This document shows positions 56,401 through 64,000 of a stretch of DNA of 64,000 bases, one piece after another. Numbering within the stretch: the stretch's first letter is position 1; each line of letters begins with the position of its first letter. Source of the DNA: an uncultured delta proteobacterium (GTDB lineage: Bacteria > Desulfobacterota > RBG-13-43-22); assembly GCA_963821645.1 (NCBI GenBank), contig CAWGEQ010000048.1:44563-108562 (forward strand). Direction: 5' to 3'. The notes under the pieces are model-generated. The model was not told the DNA's origin. It did not search any database and saw nothing but the letters and a program-made list of their open reading frames with translations. Both the position numbers and the translations under genes were made by a program.

Positions 56401-57817
56401 CATTAGGCTCGATCGGGAATTTAAGGAACCCTACCGCCCGGCCAAGCCCATGGCCAAACCCCTGGATCAGGACATGGTTTCCCGGAATATCGGCAGCTTC
56501 GGCAAAACTTCCCAGAAGATCCAGGAGCGGATCAGTCGAAGGGAATCGGCCGGGCCCATACGGCCCCAGGACCAGCCTGAGGCGGAAAGCGGTTCGGAGG
56601 CGGAAACACAGCCCAGCCAAAGTCGGCCCGGCCAGGATAATATTCAACAGCGGCCCCGGCCTGTTGGTAAAGATCAAAGGACTTTTCAGGGACCCGTCGG
56701 AGGAGGAAAACCGGAATCCGGGGGTTCGGATACAGAAGCGGAAGAAACCGGCCGAGTGGGGGAAGTTATGAAATTTGATTCCCCTGAAAAGATAGAGCGT
56801 CTGCTAAAGGCGGCTTACCGGGAGCAGGGGATAACCCCCAAGGAGATCGAGCGGCGCCTTGAATCTCTTTACCAAAATGAAATTTATCTCTTCCTCCATA
56901 ATCTGGAAGCCTCGCTCGATAAAAAGACAGAGCTTCAAAGCGAAAGGGGAACCTCTCTGTACCCCGAATGGGGCGAAGATATCCAGGAATACCGGGGCAA
57001 CTGGGCCAGAGTACGCGAACAGACCCTGGCGGGGAAAACCCCGGATTTTTACCGGGAAACCCTGGACAGGTATGCGGGTCTTCTTAAAAAAATAAGAAGA
57101 GAATTTCAGATACTGAAACCCGAAGGGTTCGTCAAGCTCAAGCGGCAATACGACGGTGATGATATTGACCTGGATGCCGTGGTGGAATATTGGGTGGACC
57201 GAAAAGCAGGGCTTTCTCCTGGCGAAAACAACTACACCCTAACCCGGAAAAAAAGACGGGACATCGCCGTGGCCTTTCTGATCGATATGAGCCGGAGTAC
57301 CAAAGGGGCTACCATCGAAAGGGAGAAGGAATCACTCATCATCATGTCCGAGGCCCTTCATGAAGTGGGGGATAGCTTTGCCGTTTTCGGCTTTTCAGGG
57401 GACAACCGGGACAATGTGGATTTTTACCGGATCAAGGGCTTTGATGATCCCTATGACGATCCGGTGAAAAAAAGGATTTCCGCCATCACGGATCGCTTTG
57501 AAAACCGGGACGGTACGGCCATCAGACACACCGTAACCAAACTACGGAGGAGACCGGAACGAACCAAGCTGATCATCCTCCTGAGCGACGGCAAGCCGGT
57601 GGACAAGGAGTATACCGGCCTCTATGCCATCGAAGACACGCGTATGGCCCTGAAAGAGGCCCAGCATTTCGGTATCAAAACCTTCTGCATAACCGTTGAC
57701 CGGACCGCTGCTGAATACCTGCCCAGAATGTACAGCCACAGTAGTTGGACGGTTATCGATGATGTTATCAGACTTCCCGAGAAAATCACCAGGATTTACC
57801 GGGGTCTGACGGCTTAA
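53432..57817 (+). CDS. giant CbbO/NorD-like von Willebrand factor A protein with an N-terminal array of 19 tandem 37/41-aa helical repeats
   Basis: C-terminal VWA/MIDAS domain (VAFLIDMSRST...FGFSG...ILLSDGKPVD...ITVD). NorD/CbbO-like middle region (TDGQKIYLP...NFALYKVSATHQEAHLEYGSF). An acidic/Pro-rich linker. The repeats are in track aa 35-763. Start ATG 53432 is preferred over TTG 53414, but there is no clear Shine-Dalgarno sequence. Confidence 0.8.
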   Translation: MSHTSKNKTGHIDKDYEEELIARFGEALSPLIDRFGYGGIDQIGILMARLRQDDPQAALYLLKISPSLIDRLLPQGEELILNVYELGNQMVPFGSVLTVRLLEMSPEILEKGDYQTLVKTASLAREVARENSATAVTLIQKSPDLLESIGFEGLERIGLFSAAIARSSRTYSLKALEQSTSAVEVLLKSGGKGLVLTVYGLGMRLADEDWSNALEVVKRSPDVAEALVSQGNGPLLTGLYEQASRAASFGAGLTLTFLDTAPSLIEQIGPAGLEPIWRCALAMAAENPENAQSLLKKSPDIVQGLLSRFSSLKVGEVYELGMDLARISSQLALGFLEKSVDLAERLDDENLMHLLNRAKEMAQASLPAAGAFLQNASALIDRVGVGGLDKIADWSIPMARQSFEAATRFLQKSPELINRLGLDGVKTIGDFSALLAQESETSAIRLIEKCPSIIDGLLKIDGLSLIAEVCRLGGRIARTNARLAVSLLEGSPEIIGMAGFAGLEKVEELAHQVGLENWTAAVSLVEASPRIIERVGFEGLERIAAVARKMARVNSYNAVNLLEKCPDQIDRLLHYGDQTLALHVYDLAGEAVSLGWRMASILLERSPEFLSSIGADGLEKLIDLVNKKAEKNLPVALGILDKGLAIMDRLGFEGLEILSDLSSVVFKADQEGALSLLENGPLLIDRLENTMEGNVALAVYDLAAKVARTSPAVAMRLLGKSPEFLDWVGFEGFGRIAAFVENAAKVDEEKALSFLKSDSPAFADFMENIPKGLELKTVKPVLSIYLKALLGRRVEIAEADMVYTDGQKIYLPRRIKEFQDREDNFALYKVSATHQEAHLEYGSFEFDLDRIGDSVERLRSLYGEKAGEDEGDIDRFVLLFPEPDLARDLFNIMEDFRIEDLLKREYPALGKDITRMNLHKLSQRRPPKNMTNPKQRAVEMIGQSLMGGKTFDEPGDPAFPILQEALERAGFLERPGADVHDAARIAAELTIRLDREFKEPYRPAKPMAKPLDQDMVSRNIGSFGKTSQKIQERISRRESAGPIRPQDQPEAESGSEAETQPSQSRPGQDNIQQRPRPVGKDQRTFQGPVGGGKPESGGSDTEAEETGRVGEVMKFDSPEKIERLLKAAYREQGITPKEIERRLESLYQNEIYLFLHNLEASLDKKTELQSERGTSLYPEWGEDIQEYRGNWARVREQTLAGKTPDFYRETLDRYAGLLKKIRREFQILKPEGFVKLKRQYDGDDIDLDAVVEYWVDRKAGLSPGENNYTLTRKKRRDIAVAFLIDMSRSTKGATIEREKESLIIMSEALHEVGDSFAVFGFSGDNRDNVDFYRIKGFDDPYDDPVKKRISAITDRFENRDGTAIRHTVTKLRRRPERTKLIILLSDGKPVDKEYTGLYAIEDTRMALKEAQHFGIKTFCITVDRTAAEYLPRMYSHSSWTVIDDVIRLPEKITRIYRGLTA

Positions 57818-57923
57818 GGGCTCGGTTCGTTTTAAGGAAGAAAAATGATCACCAATGAAACACAATGGATTCCGGCTTTCGCCGAAAGAACTCTAACTGA
57901 TTCAATAAAAAAAGGAGAAATTT

Positions 57924-58493
57924 ATGGCTCAAGATTCCAAAGAAAAAAAACGGGGAACGACAATTGAATTGTTGAATAAGGCCCGTGGCATGGAGTTGCT
58001 GGCGATTTCACAGTATATGAACCAGCATTATAACCTGGATAACCTGGATTATGGGGATATGGCCGCCAAGGTTAAATTGATCGCCATCGATGAAATGCGC
58101 CACGCGGAGATGTTTGCCGACCGCATAAAAGAGTTAGCCGGAGAGCCGACTTCAGACCCGGCTGGAAAGGTACAAAAAGGTCAAAAAGTCGAGGGGATGT
58201 TTTCCTTTGATGCCAATCTCGAGGACAATACGATCGACACCTACAACCAGTTTCTGACGGTGTGCAGGGAAAACGGCGACAGCATCAGCATGAAGCTTTT
58301 TGAAGCGATCATCGATGAAGAGCAGGTCCATTTCAATTACTTTGACAATGTAAATGACCACATCGAGAAGCTCAACGGGACCTATCTGGCTCAGATAGCC
58401 GGGACCCCATCGACCACCGGCCTGCAGACTCAGGGCTTTGTCGCCAGGCAGGGGATTAAACCACCGCCGGGGGGCGCCACTCCCCTTCGATAA
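57924..58493 (+). CDS. bacterioferritin-like / ferritin-like di-iron protein with a ~30-aa Gly/Pro-rich C-terminal extension
   Basis: Ferroxidase-type ligand pattern (ELLAISQY...IDEMRHAEMF...EEQVHFNY). 189 aa, longer than I recall for typical Bfr proteins. AAGGAGA Shine-Dalgarno sequence. Confidence 0.75.
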   Translation: MAQDSKEKKRGTTIELLNKARGMELLAISQYMNQHYNLDNLDYGDMAAKVKLIAIDEMRHAEMFADRIKELAGEPTSDPAGKVQKGQKVEGMFSFDANLEDNTIDTYNQFLTVCRENGDSISMKLFEAIIDEEQVHFNYFDNVNDHIEKLNGTYLAQIAGTPSTTGLQTQGFVARQGIKPPPGGATPLR

Positions 58494-58533
58494 AAAAAGA
58501 ACGGATCGTCTGACCTGATGGTCCTGTAAAAGC

Positions 58534-58577
58534 CACCAAGGCCGCCACCCGGCTTTTACCGGGTGGCGGCCTTGGTG
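58534..58577. terminator. perfect 19-bp hairpin between convergent genes (bidirectional terminator candidate)
   Basis: CACCAAGGCCGCCACCCGG (58534-58552) pairs with CCGGGTGGCGGCCTTGGTG (58559-58577), with a 6-nt loop. Confidence 0.65.
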
Positions 58578-58645
58578 AGTCTATCAACCGGAGAGTAAAG
58601 TGATTTGAATAGAATTTTTTGGAAATGAGGGGACGATCGGCGCCG

Positions 58646-59356
58646 TCAAATAAATTTACAGACCCCGACGGGGCAGCGTTTTTCTTTGATGTGGATCTCA
58701 AACTCTTCCCTGAAATTGGTCAAGATAGCCAGAATAATATGGGAGGTCTTACCGGCGAAGGCACAATAGGCCGCCTGCTGCATCAGGGTCATCAGCGATT
58801 CCATCTCCTGAAGGGCATCTTCCGGCGCTCGGCCGTGACTGATGGCTTCAATGAGATCGGAAAGCCTTTGAATACCCAGGCGGCAGGGGACGCATTTGCC
58901 GCAGGATTCACCGTAATGGAACTTGATCAGATAGTCGGCGACCTGAACCATACAGGTGGAGGGGTCCATGACCATAATACAACTATGGTCTTTTTCCCAA
59001 ATCAAGTCGCCCCGGGTGGACTGAAGGGGATTCAGACGCAATAAAGGAAAGAGGATCTTCCCCTTTTGAATCGTCTCTTCCAGAATAAAGGGGACATGGG
59101 CTTCCTGGACCTGTTCATAAAAAAGGCCCATGTGAGGCAAACTCAAGAAAGGTCCCCGGCGGCACGTTCCGCTGCAACCGCATTTGGCCGGCTCAATGAC
59201 TACGGGGATATTCAACCTTTGGGCTTCGGCAATAAGGCCCTTATAAAGGGCTTCTGCCCCACAGCTCGGCTTGGGTCCTTGACCCCGGCAAACCGTTATC
59301 CTTGGGGCCTGGGTAGCCTGGGGCTCCGCGATCAGATTGGTGGATACTGCTGGCAT
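58646..59356 (-). CDS. Fe-S protein fusing a thioredoxin-like [2Fe-2S] (NuoE-type) domain to the NuoF C-terminal [4Fe-4S] domain; no FMN/NADH domain
   Basis: N-terminal VCRG...SCGAE...CGCSGTCRRGP. C-terminal ESCGKCVPCRLG...YCAFAG. The intervening region aligns with the NuoF region just before the cluster (DPSTCMVQVADYL). Confidence 0.7.
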   Translation of the reverse strand: MPAVSTNLIAEPQATQAPRITVCRGQGPKPSCGAEALYKGLIAEAQRLNIPVVIEPAKCGCSGTCRRGPFLSLPHMGLFYEQVQEAHVPFILEETIQKGKILFPLLRLNPLQSTRGDLIWEKDHSCIMVMDPSTCMVQVADYLIKFHYGESCGKCVPCRLGIQRLSDLIEAISHGRAPEDALQEMESLMTLMQQAAYCAFAGKTSHIILAILTNFREEFEIHIKEKRCPVGVCKFI

Positions 59357-59379
59357 ATATATAAACTCCGTTTTGGTTT

Positions 59380-59448
59380 AAGGTATAAGGTGCAAGGTAT
59401 ACGGTATATGGGTTTTCCTTTTACCTTGTACCTTGCACCTTATACCTT
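59380..59448. repeat. AAGGTAT-family hairpin (perfect 20-bp stem) between nuoN and the NuoE/F-like gene
   Basis: AAGGTATAAGGTGCAAGGTA (59380-59399) pairs with TACCTTGCACCTTATACCTT (59429-59448). Confidence 0.75.
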
Positions 59449-59452
59449 TCTT

Positions 59453-60871
59453 TTATGAGATGATCGTCTTACAGGCAGTCCGGGCCATTTCGATAAACCA
59501 GGACGGCAAGGAGCCCATCAGGATGATCGCCAGGATCAACCCATAGTTTAATATTTTATTGGAAAAACTTAAGGACACGACCGGCAGTCCGCCTGGGTCC
59601 TGCCCATAGGCGGCGCGAACGATATTTAGATAGTAATAAATCGAAATGGCCGTATTGACCGCGGCGATAATCACCAGGGCCAGATGTCCCTGATTCAAGG
59701 CCGCCGTGAATAGGAACAATTTGCCGGTGAATCCGGCGGTGGGCGGAATACCGGCCAGGGCAAAGGCCCCCACGGCCAGGGTAAAGGCCAACAAGGGGGA
59801 ACGGCGATAAAGGCCGGAGAGGTCGCTGACCATCACGTTTTCCCCTTCCTGGGAAAGGGAACAGATGACCAGGAAACAGGCCAGATTCATCAAGAGATAA
59901 GCGGCAATGTGATAAATGGCCGCGCCGTAGCCCAGGGCATTCAGGGTCAGGACCCCCAGCATGATATAGCCGGCGTGGGCGATACTGGAATAGGCCAGCA
60001 ACCGCTTAAGGTCTTTCTGGACCAGGGCCGCCAGATTACCGAAGGTCATGGACAGGGCCGAAAGTAAAACCAGAACCTGAATCAGGTCTACCGCTCCTGT
60101 CCCGGCCAGACTGGTAATGCGCAGCAGCAAGGCCACCCCGGCCAATTTGGGCATGGTGGCCACATAGGAGACGGTTTCATTGGCTGCCCCCTGGTAAACA
60201 TCGGGGGTCCAGAATTGAAAGGGTACGACGGCTAATTTAAAGAAAAAGCCGCAGAGAATCAGCAGGAGTCCGATAAGGGCCACCGGCTGGCTGATGATAA
60301 GGGGCATCTTGGTGAGGATGTCCACCAGATAGGTCGATTGGGTGACGCCGAAGATATAGCTCATGCCGAAAATCATGACCCCGGTGGCCGCGGCCCCGAA
60401 TATGATGTATTTGATGGCCGCTTCCATCTGCCCGCCGTGATTCTGTTTTCGGATAGGGATGAGGACATAGAGAGAATAGGAGGACAACTCCATGGCGATA
60501 AAAATAGTCACCAGCTCTACACTGCTGACCATCAACATCAGCCCCAGGGCGCTTAAGCTCAGAAACATAAAAAATTCCGGCAGGAGACGGTCCTCAATGC
60601 TTTTGAACTTCTGGCCCAGGACGATAATTAAAAACAGCCCCAGGCTGATGAGGATCTTAAAAACCTGGGAAAAGAGATCCACCCGGTAGGATTTATAAAA
60701 AAGGTCTCCGCTTATATTCAGGGAACAAAGGCTCAGGATGAGGCCGATGGCGGAAAGAAAAAGGGCCAGACCCTGATTGGTCTTGGCGGACGAAGTCCAT
60801 AAGGATTGGCAAAAAAAGATCAGGGCCATCAACAGCAGAAAGGTTTCCGGTATGAATAACGAGAAATCCAT
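59453..60871 (-). CDS. nuoN: NADH-quinone oxidoreductase subunit N-like antiporter-type subunit
   Basis: 472 aa, ~14 TMS, NuoN/ND2-like motifs (FQFWTPDVYQGA, LLAYSSIAHAGY). Confidence 0.8.
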   Translation of the reverse strand: MDFSLFIPETFLLLMALIFFCQSLWTSSAKTNQGLALFLSAIGLILSLCSLNISGDLFYKSYRVDLFSQVFKILISLGLFLIIVLGQKFKSIEDRLLPEFFMFLSLSALGLMLMVSSVELVTIFIAMELSSYSLYVLIPIRKQNHGGQMEAAIKYIIFGAAATGVMIFGMSYIFGVTQSTYLVDILTKMPLIISQPVALIGLLLILCGFFFKLAVVPFQFWTPDVYQGAANETVSYVATMPKLAGVALLLRITSLAGTGAVDLIQVLVLLSALSMTFGNLAALVQKDLKRLLAYSSIAHAGYIMLGVLTLNALGYGAAIYHIAAYLLMNLACFLVICSLSQEGENVMVSDLSGLYRRSPLLAFTLAVGAFALAGIPPTAGFTGKLFLFTAALNQGHLALVIIAAVNTAISIYYYLNIVRAAYGQDPGGLPVVSLSFSNKILNYGLILAIILMGSLPSWFIEMARTACKTIIS

Positions 60872-60947
60872 TATGATTCGTTCCTTAGACTTATTATAAA
60901 TCCGATAAAGTTGACAATTCCGTAATGTTCGAAAGCACTCATTTTCG

Positions 60948-61024
60948 CCATTCCCTGAAAAGGGGAATCCTGCGTTTCTTGTCGGCTTCGTTGGTCTGGA
61001 TTCCCGCCTGTCGCTGGAATGACG
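60948..61024. repeat. paired REP-like elements inside the nuoM-nuoN intergenic space
   Basis: GCCATTCCCTGAAAAGGGGAATCCTG (60948-60972), a 23-nt spacer, then CTGGATTCCCGCCTGTCGCTGGAATGACG (60996-61024). Confidence 0.7.
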
Positions 61025-61040
61025 ACTTCTTGCGACTTCA

Positions 61041-62541
61041 TCATTTCACTAAAGCCAAGGCACTTCCGGCCTGAACCTGCTTGATCAAATGATCCACACT
61101 GGCGTGCATAACATCCAAAAATGGGGTCGGGGCAAAGCCGATCCACAAAACGAAAACGGCCAGGGGGACTAAATAAACGATCTCCCGGGCATTAAGATCG
61201 AAAAAGTGATGGGTCCCTAAGTTGGGTCCCCAGGCGATCTTTTGGAGCAAGCGGAGCATATAGGCCGCCGCTAAAACCACCCCGGGAATGGACAGGGCAC
61301 CCACTATTTTATTGTTTAAAAAGGTGCCGATCAAGACCAGCAGCTCGCCCACAAAACTGTTGGTTCCGGGAAAGGCCATGGAGGACAGTGAAAAAAAGCC
61401 CAAAAACCCGATATAATAGGGCATGATCTTGCTGAGGCCGGAATTGTCGCTGATCTCACGGCTGTGGGTCCTTTCATAAATAATACCCACGCAGAGAAAG
61501 AGGGCCCCGGTGGTGATCCCGTGATTGATCATCTGTAAGATGGCCCCTTCCATCCCCTGTTTGTTGAACAGGAAGATGCCCAGGGTGACAAACCCCATGT
61601 GGGCCACGCTGGAATAGGCGATCAATTTTTTCATGTCACTTTGCCCCAGGGCCACATATCCGCCGTAGATGATGGAGATGATGGACATCCAGAGGAGATA
61701 GGGGGCGAAGTAAAGGCTGGCCTGGGGGGTGATGGGCAGACAAAAACGGACAAAGCCGTAGGTGCCCATTTTCAGCAATATGCTGGCCAGCAAGACACTG
61801 CCGGCGGTCGGGGCCTGCACATGGGCGGCCGGCAACCAGGTATGAAAGGGGGCCATGGGGACCTTGATGGCAAAGGCGATTCCAAAAGCCAGAAAGATCC
61901 AGAATTGAAAGGCGAATGAATAGTGATGGGTCATTAGCTCCGGAATACTAAAGGTCCCGGCCGCCAGGTAAAGGGCGATCATGGCCACCATGAGGAAAAC
62001 GCTGCCGGCCATGGTGTAGATAAAGAACTTAATCGAGGCGTAGACCTTTTCCGGGCCTCCCCAGACGGCGATCAATAAATACATGGGGACCAGCATGGCC
62101 TCCCAGAAAATATAAAAAAGAACGAAATCCAGGGCGGAGAAGACCCCGACGCAGGCCGTTTCCATGAAGAGGAGACAGATGTGGAATTCCTTGACCCGTT
62201 TCTCGATGTATTTCCAGGAGGCCAGAACGCAGATGGGGGTGAGCAAGGTGCTCAGACAGGACCAGAAGGAGGCTGATGCCGTCGACCCCCAGGGTATAAT
62301 TGATTTTGAACATGGGGATCCAGGGGGCATGCTCGGCAAATTGATATTTATAGGTCGCCAGGTCGAAATTGAAGTAAAGGGGCAAAGAGAGAAAAAAAGC
62401 CGCCAGACTGACGAGCAAGGTCCAGATCCTGGCCGCTTTTTCATTTTTGAATAGAAAAAGGACCACGGCCCCGGCCAGGGGCAAAAAGATCAAGGTGCTT
62501 AAAATCGGGTAACTAAGCTGATTGGGGATAAGAAAATCCAT
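61041..62541 (-). CDS. nuoM: NADH-quinone oxidoreductase subunit M-like antiporter-type subunit, frameshifted near 62255-62270
   Basis: The N-terminus MDFLIPNQLSYPILSTLIFLPL...YTLGVDGISLLLVL (ORF 62029..62565) continues in ORF 61041..62444 as LSTLLTPICVLASW...FYIFWEAMLVPMYLLI...HTWLPAAHVQAPTAGSV...LIAYSSVAHMGF. Confidence 0.8.
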
Positions 62542-62574
62542 GGTTGTATATTTCCCTAGTAACAATAAATATCG

Positions 62575-62649
62575 GTTTACGGTCTAAGGTTTACGGTCCA
62601 CGGTTGGTCTAAGGTCAAAGGTTTTGCCTTGCGCCTTGAACCTTGCACC
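62575..62649. repeat. AAGGTAT-family (ACGGT/AAGGT variant) inverted repeat between the nuoL-like and nuoM genes
   Basis: Left arm ggtttacggtctaaggtttacggtccacggttggtctaaggtcaaagg. Right arm gccttgcgccttgaaccttgcacc. Confidence 0.6.
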
Positions 62650-62655
62650 TGTTAT

Positions 62656-64000
62656 TTATAGAAACCAATAGATCCCCACGATGGCAAAGATGATCAGAAT
62701 GGCCAGGGCCAAGTAATTCTGGATGTTACCGGTTTGGACCCGGCGTACTTTATTCCCTATTCCCTGGGTACCATAGGCGACATTATCGACCACCCCATCG
62801 ATCCCCCAGCGGTCAAACCAGGCAAAGAAGCCGGCAAAGGCCATCAAGGATTTAAGGGCCAGACTCCGGTAGAGTTCTCCCCAACCGGTATCAAAACCCT
62901 GGATGAATTTCCGGTCGAACCACATAAAACCTGGCTAGCATTTTCCGGTAAGTCCAGTCAAAATCCAGATTGATTTTGGCTTCCGGCTGGTCAGCCGCTT
63001 AAGGAGCAGAAAGAATCCCAATCCGGTAAAGAGCAGGATCTGGATGGTCTCCGAGAGATGGGGGAGATTATAGGGATGGAATTCCGCGGCGGCCTCTTTA
63101 AAAGGCAGCAGATCATACAAAACTTTGGGATAAACCCCGATCAGCAAGCAGAGGAAAGAGGTAATACCCATGGCCCAGAGCATATTTTCCGGCGGTTCCT
63201 TGGGCTTCAACCCCGAGTCTTTTCCGAACCAGGCGAAATAGGGGAGTTTCAAGCCCACAGAAAGGAAGGTACCGACCGAGGCTAAAAGCATCAGGACCAT
63301 CAGCACCGGATGATGGGACTCGCCGGCCCCGGAAATGATCATGGATTTGCTGACAAAGCCGCTGAAAAGAGGCGAAGCCGGATATAGAGATCCCTCCTAC
63401 TACATAGAAGATCAAGGGTGAGGGGCATATATTTGTAAAGACCGCCCAATTTATTTAATTTGGAGGTCCCGGTCATCATCAGAACCGAACCGGCCCCCAT
63501 AAACAACAAGGCCTTGTAAAGGATATGGGCATAGGCATGGGCGCAGGCCCCGTTTAAGGCCAGTTCCGTGCCGATTCCGACACCGGCCACCATGTAACCC
63601 ACCTGGCTGATGATGTGATAGGAAAGGATGCGGCGCATGTCGTTTTCGATGGTGGCGTAACAGACCCCGTAGACGGTCATGACCGTACCCATCACGGCCA
63701 GGACATCATAGCCGGGGAAGGCCCGGGCCAGGACATAGATGGCCGTCTTGGTGGTAAAGGCGCACATAAAGACCGCCCCGGTGACCGTGGCTTCCGGATA
63801 GGCATCGGGCAGCCAGGCATGGAGCGGAAAGACGGCGGCATTCAAGGCAAAACCGGCCAGGATCAGATATTCGGCCAAACCGGCGCTGGCCTTGGGGACG
63901 AGCTCAAAGGCCATACTGCCGGTATTCTGGTAATGTAAAAAGATGCCGGCCAAAAGCAGCAGACCGCCGAAGATGTGCATCAACAGATAGCGGAACCCGG
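62656..64000 (-). CDS. NuoL/MrpD-like antiporter-type subunit; at least 3 frameshifts; 5' end outside the window
   Basis: Pieces 63339..63983 (HAWLPDAYPEATVTGAVF, ILSYHIISQVGYM), 63113..63415 and 62935..63342 (MIISGAGESHH...), and 62656..62925 (NuoL-type C-terminus IDGVVDNVA...RRVQTGNIQNYL) read as one protein across frames. Confidence 0.7.

Noticed and set aside
52267-57817. Annotating the AAA+/VWA pair specifically as Rubisco activase CbbQ/CbbO or NO-reductase chaperone NorQ/NorD.
   Set aside because: Family membership is clear. However, no Rubisco/carboxysome genes and no norCB are nearby, and the VWA protein is roughly twice the normal length. A specific functional name would be over-annotation.
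57924-58493. The ferritin-like protein as encapsulin cargo.
   Set aside because: No encapsulin shell gene is in the window. The C-terminal tail does not resemble the Gly/Ser/Leu-rich cargo-loading peptide pattern I know.
1-64000. tRNA, rRNA, tmRNA and riboswitch genes.
   Set aside because: I found no cloverleaf-compatible sequence with a GTTCRANYC T-loop, and no recognisable riboswitch core, in the intergenic regions I inspected. A tRNAscan/Infernal run would be needed to exclude them formally.

Overview
This 64-kb chromosomal window probably comes from an anaerobic Desulfobacterota/Syntrophia-like bacterium. That placement is a low-confidence inference from gene content: indolepyruvate:ferredoxin oxidoreductase, a two-subunit class I fumarate hydratase, sigma-54 control, acyl-CoA metabolism and a complex-I-like module. 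Most of the window is densely packed housekeeping and transport genes. These include surE-lepB, hisD, iorAB, lnt, prfB with its classical +1 recoding site, a sigma-54-controlled SDR / Liv-type ABC / acyl-CoA ligase operon, MarR-MFS and MarR-RND efflux modules, and nuoL/M/N-like genes.

Three parts are not ordinary:
1. 52.2-58.5 kb holds a CbbQ/NorQ-type AAA+ ATPase and a 1,460-aa CbbO/NorD-like VWA protein. The N-terminal half of the VWA protein is an array of 19 tandem 37/41-residue repeats. A ferritin-like gene follows, and no known client enzyme is nearby.
2. 17.9-21.2 kb is an AT-richer island of promoter-poor, co-oriented small genes: a decayed mrr, an unknown ORF and two BrnT/BrnA pairs. 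They are separated by attC-like imperfect palindromes, so the island looks like an integron cassette array without an integrase.
3. Several families of intergenic structured repeats are present. They are 7-nt-periodic AAGGTAT/ATACCTT hairpins, paired REP-like CTGGATTCCCGC..GGAATGAC elements, and a GGA-rich tract.

A 4.9-kb CheB/CheR/PAS/HisKA_3 mega-sensor is also present.

Caveat: at least 20 frame disruptions hit otherwise conserved genes, and several that could be pinned down fall in short same-base runs. Assembly indel error is therefore likely, and pseudogene calls should be treated cautiously.
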